A stretch of 64,000 bases of DNA from a virus, in the IMG/VR virus record IMGVR_UViG_3300021364_000008, positions 35,004-99,003 of that record; one strand, written 5' to 3'. The stretch's first letter is position 1. Each line of letters starts with the position of its first letter. A program made the position numbers and the translations under genes. The notes under the pieces were generated by a model, which saw only the letters and a program-made list of their open reading frames with translations, had not been told where the DNA came from and did no database searches. This document shows positions 29,635-36,435 of the stretch, in pieces.

Positions 29635-30285
29635 ATGAATTTATTATCAAATATCTTGATTGAACCACAAGTACTCACACCAGAAGCACTTCAAGAACTA
29701 CAAGATCACGCAAGAAAATCATCCACAACTGACTTATCAGTTTTTGATCCAGACAAAACAAATGAAACTGGAGAGACTTCTTGGATTGTAGATAAGGATA
29801 TAAGAGATACACAGATTATTGAGTTTGGTCCTTTATTTCCAAAGATTGAAGAACTCTTTAAGAATATTGTACATCATATTATAAATCCTTTTTATGGTAT
29901 TGAAGTATGGGATAGTGAAGTACCACAATTTCTTAAGTATAATGTTGGAGGCCATTACTCTCCTCATATTGATGGTAGATCTATTTGGGTTGCTCCTAAT
30001 GGTGATAAGATTTGGAGACTTAGTACGGATCGTCATCTAAGTTGCGTTCTTTATTTGAACGACGATTTTGAAGGTGGCGAGTTTGCTTTTCCAGACCTTC
30101 ATATTCAAGTGAAACCAAAACCAGGACTTTTAGTTTGTTTTCCATCAGATCAAAATTATTTGCATAGCGTACTTCCAGTAACTCAAGGAACACGGTACTC
30201 CATTGTAACTTGGGCGAGAGTCAAAGGGCAAAAAACTAAAGAACAAGAAGACCAAGAACTTTTAGAAAAGTATGGAGTCAACTAA
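29635..30285 (+). CDS. 2OG-Fe(II) oxygenase, prolyl 4-hydroxylase-like
   Basis: YNVGGHYSPHID, LYLNDDFEGGE and HSVLPVTQGTRYSIVTW motifs. Confidence 0.88.
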   Translation: MNLLSNILIEPQVLTPEALQELQDHARKSSTTDLSVFDPDKTNETGETSWIVDKDIRDTQIIEFGPLFPKIEELFKNIVHHIINPFYGIEVWDSEVPQFLKYNVGGHYSPHIDGRSIWVAPNGDKIWRLSTDRHLSCVLYLNDDFEGGEFAFPDLHIQVKPKPGLLVCFPSDQNYLHSVLPVTQGTRYSIVTWARVKGQKTKEQEDQELLEKYGVN

Positions 30286-30325
30286 ATATAAATAATAAAA
30301 GAAACTCATAAGATTTTATAGAACA

Positions 30326-30871
30326 ATGCAATATCTAAAGCATTATTGGGTAAGAAATGGTGAATATCTTACCGAACCAGGACAGAATGGACCACTACAA
30401 TCCCATCCTGCAATTCCTGGTCTTGAAGTTCGTTATTGGTTGACCGATGATCGTGGTGTTGATTATTGTTTATCAACTGTACCAGATAATACTCTTGTAA
30501 CTGAAGTAACTCCTGGTCTTGAAATTATTCAAAAAAATGAATGGGATAATATTGTTGCAACGATTCCAGAACCAGAACCAATGCCTGAGATGCCTGGGGC
30601 ACCTGACTGGAATACCTTTAAGCAAACTGCAGTTGCTTCTACTAATCTCAATACCTTTGTTGGTAATCTAATGAGTATTGCACCTGTTGCAGCGACTGCT
30701 CTTCCTGCTACTTTGCTTCTTATTGAAAGTGGTAATTATCAGGACTTTGAGAACACTTGGACTGCAATTGAGAATGCAACTACAGTTCCTACAGATCTTA
30801 TTACAGAAATAACTGCACTTGCAGAGTCTTGTAACCTACCTGAAGAGTTTGTGAGTATTTTTGCCGCTTGA
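30326..30871 (+). CDS. Hypothetical protein
   Basis: Clean ORF closing the island; late-like TAAATA upstream. Confidence 0.6.
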   Translation: MQYLKHYWVRNGEYLTEPGQNGPLQSHPAIPGLEVRYWLTDDRGVDYCLSTVPDNTLVTEVTPGLEIIQKNEWDNIVATIPEPEPMPEMPGAPDWNTFKQTAVASTNLNTFVGNLMSIAPVAATALPATLLLIESGNYQDFENTWTAIENATTVPTDLITEITALAESCNLPEEFVSIFAA

Positions 30872-30918
30872 GAATATTATACAAGACTTTCTTAAAATAA
30901 TCAACTAACCTGTTATTG

Positions 30919-30949
30919 AACCTCTATAAGTTTTTATGGAGGTTTTTTT
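30919..30949 (+). terminator. Rho-independent terminator
   Basis: aacctctataa/ttatggaggtt stem plus T tract. Confidence 0.75.
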
Positions 30950-30978
30950 AATGTGTCTTGAAATAAGTATAATTACTC

Positions 30979-31007
30979 TTGACGGAGTTATAAAATATGA
31001 TTAGAAT
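30979..31007 (+). promoter_or_regulatory. Sigma70-type early promoter
   Basis: TTGACG(30979)-17 bp-TAGAAT(31002). Confidence 0.75.
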
Positions 31008-31042
31008 GCCCTTGTGGGGGTTGATAGTGAGGGTATAGCTTT

Positions 31043-31441
31043 GTTATAGTTCTTGAAGATCTTAAAGTTTCCAATATGATAAAGAACCGTAAACTATCAA
31101 GAGCAATTAGCGAGCAAGGTTGGTATCAATTTAGGTCTTTTCTTAAATATAAATGCAATTGGTATGAAAGAGAACTAGTTATTATTAATCAATGGTATCC
31201 AAGTTCCAAAACCTGTTCTTCTTGTGGTTCTATTCAAACTAAAATGTCGTTGAATGTCCGTAAATGGACTTGTCCTGATTGTGGTCCTCATCACGACAGA
31301 GACATAAATGCGGCAAAGAATATTTTGGCGGTAGGAACTACCGTGTCTGCCTGTGGAGATAGTGTAAGACCAAAAACTCATAATGAGTTGGCGGCAACTT
31401 CAGTGAAGCAGGAAACTATAAATTTTTTAGAAGTTCATTGA
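31043..31441 (+). pseudogene. tnpB: 5'-truncated TnpB (IS200/IS605/IS607 OrfB) remnant
   Basis: VIVLEDL (RuvC-II), SSKTCSSCG...WTCPDCG zinc ribbon and DRDINAAKNI (RuvC-III); in-frame stop at 31028, N-terminal domains absent. Confidence 0.85.
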
Positions 31442-31442
31442 T

Positions 31443-32678
31443 ATGAAATTTAGTATTATCACACCATCACATCGTTATCAAACTTATTTTGATGAACTTT
31501 ATAAAAGTATTGTAGGACAAACATATTCTAACTGGGAGTGGATTGTTTATCTCAATGGGGAATTTAAAAGAGATCAACTCTCCGAAGAAATTATAAATGA
31601 TGAAAGAGTAAAAATCTTTGAGGTATATGACGGTAACACAAATATTGGTTATGTTAAGAACAGAGCATTTTTTCTAGGTACAGGAGATATTCTAGTTGAA
31701 GTTGATCATGATGATATTTTAATCCCAAATTGTCTAGAAGAACTGGCAAAGGCATTTGAAGAAAATCCAGATTGTGGATTTGTATACTCTGATGATGCAA
31801 CTTATCATATGCAAGATGGATTCATTCCTTATGGTTCTGGATATGGATGGACTCATCGTGAGTTTGAGTGGAATGGTAAGAAATTGACTGCAATGAATTC
31901 CTTTGAACCATCAAGTCATTCAGTTTCTTATATTTGGTATGCACCAGACCATGTTCGCGCATGGAGAAAAGAAGTCTATGAAAAAATTGGCGGGCATAAT
32001 GTAGATCTATCAATTTGTGATGATCATGAACTCATGATTCGTACCTATCTTGAAACTAAATTTCATCATATTCCAGAAGTTCTTTATGTGTATCGAATCA
32101 CTGGGGACAATAGTTGGTTAGAAAGATGTGATGCAATTCAGATTAAAACCAAAGAACTTCATAATCAATATGCACAACTTCTGGCAGAAAAAGATGCAGA
32201 TCTGAAAGGTCTGATGAAGATTGATCTTGGTGGTGGTTTATTTCCAAGAGAAGGTTATACGACAATTGACCAGGAAGATGCTGATATTACTTGCGACTTA
32301 AATGAAGGTATTCCACTTCCAGATAATAGTGTTGGAGTTATCAATGCTTCTCATTTAATTGAACATCTTCGGGATCCAATCAAGACCATGAGAGAAATTC
32401 ATCGTGTTCTTGTTCATGGTGGTTGGGCATTTATTGAAGTTCCTTCCACTGATGGTAGAGGAGCATGGCAAGATCCAACTCATGTTTCTTATTGGAATGA
32501 GAACTCTTTTTGGTATTACACTAAACAATCTCATGCACAATTTATTCGTAATAAAGACATCAAGTTCTCATGTATGAGGCTAGAGACTAACTGGTGGGAT
32601 CACCATATCGCAGTTGTCAATACTCATCTAGTTGCAGTGAAGAATGGTGTGAGATATCCAGGTCCTATAGAAATGTGA
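31443..32678 (+). CDS. GT2 glycosyltransferase fused to a C-terminal SAM methyltransferase
   Basis: FSIITPSH and VEVDHDD; then IDLGGG, ASHLIEHL and AWQDPTH. Confidence 0.85.
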   Translation: MKFSIITPSHRYQTYFDELYKSIVGQTYSNWEWIVYLNGEFKRDQLSEEIINDERVKIFEVYDGNTNIGYVKNRAFFLGTGDILVEVDHDDILIPNCLEELAKAFEENPDCGFVYSDDATYHMQDGFIPYGSGYGWTHREFEWNGKKLTAMNSFEPSSHSVSYIWYAPDHVRAWRKEVYEKIGGHNVDLSICDDHELMIRTYLETKFHHIPEVLYVYRITGDNSWLERCDAIQIKTKELHNQYAQLLAEKDADLKGLMKIDLGGGLFPREGYTTIDQEDADITCDLNEGIPLPDNSVGVINASHLIEHLRDPIKTMREIHRVLVHGGWAFIEVPSTDGRGAWQDPTHVSYWNENSFWYYTKQSHAQFIRNKDIKFSCMRLETNWWDHHIAVVNTHLVAVKNGVRYPGPIEM

Positions 32679-32806
32679 ACTTGATATACCACTTTAAAAC
32701 TCATCTCATACCCCTCCAGAATCTTCTGTGTGGGGTTTTATAGTATGCAGCAGGGGGATTGGTTCATTAGGTGATAGTAAGGACTCTATCACCATTATAA
32801 GGGTAC

Positions 32807-32835
32807 TTGACAACTCTATAAATATTCACTATAAT
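32807..32835 (+). promoter_or_regulatory. Sigma70 promoter with an embedded late promoter
   Basis: TTGACA(32807)-17 bp-TATAAT(32830); TATAAATA at 32817-32824. Confidence 0.8.
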
Positions 32836-32902
32836 ACCTTTGTGAGGTTTGGATGAGATAGCTTTAGATACTTAGAAACACTATAAAACCCAAAAGAGCC
32901 CT

Positions 32903-33151
32903 ATGTCACAAACAAATGGAATACTTCTTATAGTATTTGGAGTTATTGCTTACATGATGATTGTAGATTCAAATGTAAGTAAATATATTACAATTCAAGT
33001 TAATATACTGAAAATAAACTTCTTAAGATTTTTATTTATGATGAAGTATCATCCAAACAATTTTATAACGACTTGGATACAGAATAGAAAGTATGATAAA
33101 ATTGCAAGAGAACTTGAAAAAGAATTTAAAAAATCTATAGATAATATGTAA
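32903..33151 (+). CDS. Hypothetical membrane protein
   Basis: N-terminal hydrophobic helix; downstream of a promoter. Confidence 0.6.
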   Translation: MSQTNGILLIVFGVIAYMMIVDSNVSKYITIQVNILKINFLRFLFMMKYHPNNFITTWIQNRKYDKIARELEKEFKKSIDNM

Positions 33152-33162
33152 TTTTTTAAAAT

Positions 33163-33408
33163 ATGAATATGAAATTTACTGTATATTCAAAAGAAGGATG
33201 TCCCTATTGTGATAAGATTAAACAAGTTTTAGAACTTTCTAATCTTGAGTTTAAAGAATATAAGTTACATGTTGACTTTGATAGGAATCAATTCTATAAT
33301 GAATTTGGTGAAGGATCTACTTTTCCTCAAGTAGTTCTAGATGATAAAGTTCTTGGTGGTTGTACTGACACTATTAAGTATCTACAAGAACAAAATAAAA
33401 TAAAATGA
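33163..33408 (+). CDS. nrdC: Glutaredoxin
   Basis: CPYC, TFPQV and GGC motifs. Confidence 0.9.
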   Translation: MNMKFTVYSKEGCPYCDKIKQVLELSNLEFKEYKLHVDFDRNQFYNEFGEGSTFPQVVLDDKVLGGCTDTIKYLQEQNKIK

Positions 33409-33578
33409 TCTAAATAATACTGAATACCTCATTGATGGGGTTTTGAAAAAATAGGAGGGAGGACCTATCATCCAAAACATTTCAGGTTGTTTTTGGTAAG
33501 ATGTCATCTCTTTTATTTTAAAGAGATGCTTTAAACTAAATTAACCTTTAGATAAAAAGTACTCTCGGGAGAAAAACA

Positions 33579-33803
33579 ATGGAACAAGCATTAATGGTTA
33601 CAACCGTAGTAATGCTCACAATATTAACTTTTATTGTTGGTGGAGTGATTGGGTGGATTTTCAGTAATTTTTATATACAACCAACTCCAGCATACGTACA
33701 TCCCGAATTTATGGATGAAAATGGAAACATTTTACCTGATGAAATTTTAGCTGTAAGGTTTGAAAATGACTACATCGACTACAACGAAGAAGACGACGAC
33801 TAG
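33579..33803 (+). CDS. Hypothetical membrane protein (cyanophage-type)
   Basis: TM helix then HPEFMDENGN. Confidence 0.65.
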   Translation: MEQALMVTTVVMLTILTFIVGGVIGWIFSNFYIQPTPAYVHPEFMDENGNILPDEILAVRFENDYIDYNEEDDD

Positions 33804-34380
33804 ATCTTCTACAAGAAAAAAACCAACTCCAAAGACTCAAGTAAAACTTGATAGAAATTGTTTTCAGCATGAGATTTTAGAGTTGGTTTCTAAACAAAGA
33901 ACAAATGAACAGAAAGTCAAAGTTCTGAATGAGTATCGTAATGATGCATTAGTCTCTTTGTTTATTTGGAATTTTGATGAAAGTGTGATTTCACTTCTTC
34001 CTCCCGGTGATGTTCCTTATGCAGACATTAAAGAAATGACTTCTGTGGGTGGAACATTGACTGATAAAATTGGACAAGAGGTTGCAGGAAATGGTGCTCG
34101 TTCAATTGCTTATAATGGTGTTGAAGATAAGATGAATGTTGGTAGAACATCAATTCGTAATGAGTATGAAAAGTTTTATAATTTTGTAAAGGGTGGAAAT
34201 AATACTTTATCCTCTATTCGTCGTGAGACAATGTTTATTAATATGCTGCAGGGACTACACCCACTGGAAGCAGAACTTATTTGTCTAGTCAAAGATAAGA
34301 AACTTGAAGAAAAATATAAGATTAGTTTTGAAATTGTAAAACAGGCGTATCCAGATATTGTTTGGGGAGGTCGTTCTTGA
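33760..34380 (+). CDS. Conserved T4-like hypothetical protein
   Basis: LPPGDVPY and RRETMFINMLQGLHPLEAE motifs. Confidence 0.7.
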   Translation: MKMTTSTTTKKTTTRSSTRKKPTPKTQVKLDRNCFQHEILELVSKQRTNEQKVKVLNEYRNDALVSLFIWNFDESVISLLPPGDVPYADIKEMTSVGGTLTDKIGQEVAGNGARSIAYNGVEDKMNVGRTSIRNEYEKFYNFVKGGNNTLSSIRRETMFINMLQGLHPLEAELICLVKDKKLEEKYKISFEIVKQAYPDIVWGGRS

Positions 34381-34407
34381 ATAGTGTAACTTTGGGGGGG
34401 AAGAAAA

Positions 34408-34713
34408 ATGGGATGGTCAGAAGAAGAAAAGAAAACTCTTCCTCCAAGTTATGAATGTAATTTGTTGGTAGAAAAGGCCACAGAGGAACAAATTCAATCT
34501 AAGGATTATCCGAGAGATGCTTATATTGTAAAGTATCTTTCTGAAAATCAATTGGTCTCAGATATTTGTAGAGGAAAAATTGTAAATATTTTTAATCTAT
34601 ATTACGATAAATTTGGTCCAAATGTAATTCAAAAAATTGAATGGGGTAATGGAACAATTAATCCAAAATTATGGGGATATAAAAATAAAGAAGATAAACA
34701 AAGAAAAAAATGA
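34408..34713 (+). CDS. Hypothetical protein
   Basis: IFNLYYDK...GTINPKLWG, cyanophage-type ORF. Confidence 0.6.
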   Translation: MGWSEEEKKTLPPSYECNLLVEKATEEQIQSKDYPRDAYIVKYLSENQLVSDICRGKIVNIFNLYYDKFGPNVIQKIEWGNGTINPKLWGYKNKEDKQRKK

Positions 34714-34904
34714 GTCAAGGATTTGAAAAAGAAAAGGTTGGTCTTGAGCTGACTGTCTATCAAGATGAGGTAGATAAACTTCTTAAAAAATATAAGAATG
34801 TAAAAAAATATATGAAATCATCTATCTATGCAATTAAAGAAATGGATGGAAATGAGAATTTTGTATCCAGACTCATTCAGGAAGCTGAGGATAATCCACT
34901 GTAA
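34710..34904 (+). CDS. Hypothetical protein
   Basis: Translationally coupled ORF. Confidence 0.55.
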   Translation: MSQGFEKEKVGLELTVYQDEVDKLLKKYKNVKKYMKSSIYAIKEMDGNENFVSRLIQEAEDNPL

Positions 34905-35231
34905 ATGGGTAAGCATTATCTTCTTAATCTTTATGGGTGTCCATTTCATCTTTTAAATGATGAAAAATGTCTTATAGATTTGTTGGAATATGCTGCAATC
35001 ATAAGTGGAGCAACTGTAATTCAAACAATCTCTAAGAAATTTGAACCTCAAGGAGTGACTGTAATCTGTTTGCTTGCAGAAAGTCATATTAGTATTCATA
35101 CTTGGCCAGAAGATGGAAAGGCAGCTGTAGATTGTTATACATGCGGAGACTCAAATCCAAAAATGGGATGTGATATTATCACTCATCAGCTTAAATGTTC
35201 AGATCATACACTGAGTTATATTGAAAGATAA
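34905..35231 (+). CDS. speD: S-adenosylmethionine decarboxylase proenzyme
   Basis: FEPQGVT..LLAESHISIHTWPE...DCYTCG (E-SH pyruvoyl cleavage site). Confidence 0.92.
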   Translation: MGKHYLLNLYGCPFHLLNDEKCLIDLLEYAAIISGATVIQTISKKFEPQGVTVICLLAESHISIHTWPEDGKAAVDCYTCGDSNPKMGCDIITHQLKCSDHTLSYIER

Positions 35232-35233
35232 AT

Positions 35234-35285
35234 TGTATAACAAATTACAAAGGCACTTGACTATATAGAGTATAAGGTCTATAAT
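35234..35285 (+). promoter_or_regulatory. NtcA-like box plus sigma70 promoter
   Basis: TGTA-TAACAAAT-TACA (35234-35249); TTGACT(35257)-17 bp-TATAAT(35280). Confidence 0.7.
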
Positions 35286-35290
35286 TGACC

Positions 35291-35516
35291 TATCGTTCAT
35301 TCGCTATTTGCAAATAGCGAACGCAAGTAAGTCGCGGAACGGAGTTCGTTCATCTATGGAAACGCTTTTATTAACTTGTTTACAGACACAATTACTTGTT
35401 TCTAGAATCCAAAATCATCCACAATTATCTCCCAAGATAAGAAATGAGTTGATTTGGGAACTCAAGCAAGTTACTGAAAAGAAGTGTGACATAGACGCAA
35501 ACGACTAAAGGAACGG
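35291..35516 (+). ncRNA. Double glutamine (glnA-motif) riboswitch-like leader
   Basis: Two CGTTCA starts (35294, 35347) and two GGAACG ends (35336, 35510); P2 palindrome 35300-35321; ACGCAAGTA/ACGCAAA junctions; upstream of DUF4278. Confidence 0.7.
35356..35508 (+). CDS. 50-aa ORF embedded in the riboswitch-like RNA
   Basis: METLLLTCLQ...CDIDAND; ATG lies in the tctatg/cataga stem; GGAG at 35341. Confidence 0.5.
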   Translation: METLLLTCLQTQLLVSRIQNHPQLSPKIRNELIWELKQVTEKKCDIDAND

Positions 35517-35550
35517 GAATTAAAACTCTCATTTCTAAGGAGCAAAAACA

Positions 35551-35688
35551 ATGAGTCGCGTAACTTATAGGGGTGTTTCATATGACACCGAATCTCGTCG
35601 CCAACAACAGGCACAAGTACAGCAGCAACCTCAGCAATACAACGAAGCTTATCGTGGAGTTAAGTTTGTAAAAGAGGGGAACAAGTGA
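35551..35688 (+). CDS. DUF4278 family small protein
   Basis: MSRVTYRGVSY...AYRGVKF; AAGGAG RBS; not in the ORF track (45 aa). Confidence 0.8.
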   Translation: MSRVTYRGVSYDTESRRQQQAQVQQQPQQYNEAYRGVKFVKEGNK

Positions 35689-35795
35689 TGCAGAAACTCA
35701 ATGTTCTTCAAATGATCAAAGAAAAAAAACAAAAAGAGAATAGAAGGCATCAGGCAGCACTTTGTCAAATCGGTCAATGTAAAATCAAAAAATAA
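35688..35795 (+). CDS. Small basic hypothetical protein (35 aa)
   Basis: TGATG coupling; MQKLNVLQMIKEKKQKENRRHQAALCQ... Confidence 0.55.
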   Translation: MQKLNVLQMIKEKKQKENRRHQAALCQIGQCKIKK

Positions 35796-35799
35796 TTAA

Positions 35800-35955
35800 A
35801 TGGATAACTATGTCTACCATGATGATGACATGGACAAGGACAATAGACCACCTGCATGTTATCAATTAACATACAGGGGGTGTAAGTATTGGTCTTGCTA
35901 TCTTATTCATTTAAGAGAATGGTTTGAAAAACTATTAATATCTGAGGGATCTTGA
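35800..35955 (+). CDS. Second DUF4278-like small protein (51 aa)
   Basis: QLTYRGCKY motif. Confidence 0.55.
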   Translation: MDNYVYHDDDMDKDNRPPACYQLTYRGCKYWSCYLIHLREWFEKLLISEGS

Positions 35956-35980
35956 CATCCCTCTTTTTTTTGTTTAAAAT
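35944..35980 (+). terminator. Terminator fused to a sigma70 promoter
   Basis: gagggat/atccctc stem plus T tract; TTGACA(35952)-17 bp-TAAAAT(35975). Confidence 0.75.
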
Positions 35981-36010
35981 GAATTTGTTCGGGTCAGTAC
36001 AAATAATGAA

Positions 36011-36178
36011 ATGAATAAAGACAGATTAAAACTTTTAGTAAAAAATCTAGAACTTCTTGTAGAAGGACTGAAGGCAGAAGTATATGCTGATGCTTCTGCT
36101 TATAACTATTATAGTATTGCTCCACATATTGGAGAACTTGATGAATATGATGAGATCTTTGAGGATGATGACGACTGA
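36011..36178 (+). CDS. Small acidic hypothetical protein (55 aa)
   Basis: MNKDRLKLLVKNLELLVEGLKAEVY...DEIFEDDDD; not in the ORF track; coupled to the next ORF. Confidence 0.65.
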   Translation: MNKDRLKLLVKNLELLVEGLKAEVYADASAYNYYSIAPHIGELDEYDEIFEDDDD

Positions 36179-36435
36179 TGACTACATCCAAATCACAACA
36201 AGTCAAGGAAGAGTTTTTATATCCAACTCCTCCATTAAATCCAGATTCTGATAAATCATTTCTGGAAATTGCACAAACAAATAATTTAAATAATTTTTCC
36301 ACACATCTACAGTATATTTCTGCAATGGTTATTGGTGGAAAGATGAATGTAGAAGATTCATATAGAGAAGTGAAGAATCTATATAAATCTTGGAAATCTT
36401 CTCACAAATCATTAAAAGGAGGATGGTTCAATTGA
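36178..36435 (+). CDS. Hypothetical protein
   Basis: GGKM..EDSY.EVK.LYK.WK.SHK pattern; coupled ORF. Confidence 0.6.
   Translation: MTTSKSQQVKEEFLYPTPPLNPDSDKSFLEIAQTNNLNNFSTHLQYISAMVIGGKMNVEDSYREVKNLYKSWKSSHKSLKGGWFN

Noticed and set aside
29635-30285. P4H-like enzyme acting on the collagen fibre at 63671-64000
   Set aside because: The visible collagen has Pro only at X, not at the Y position that 4-hydroxylases modify
31043-31441. Active IS605/IS607 element or Cas12f effector
   Set aside because: N-terminal domains and RuvC-I are missing; no tnpA, terminal hairpin or array
35308-35355. 5' extension of track ORF 35308..35508
   Set aside because: The TTG start lies inside the RNA palindrome with no RBS; ATG 35356 is more plausible
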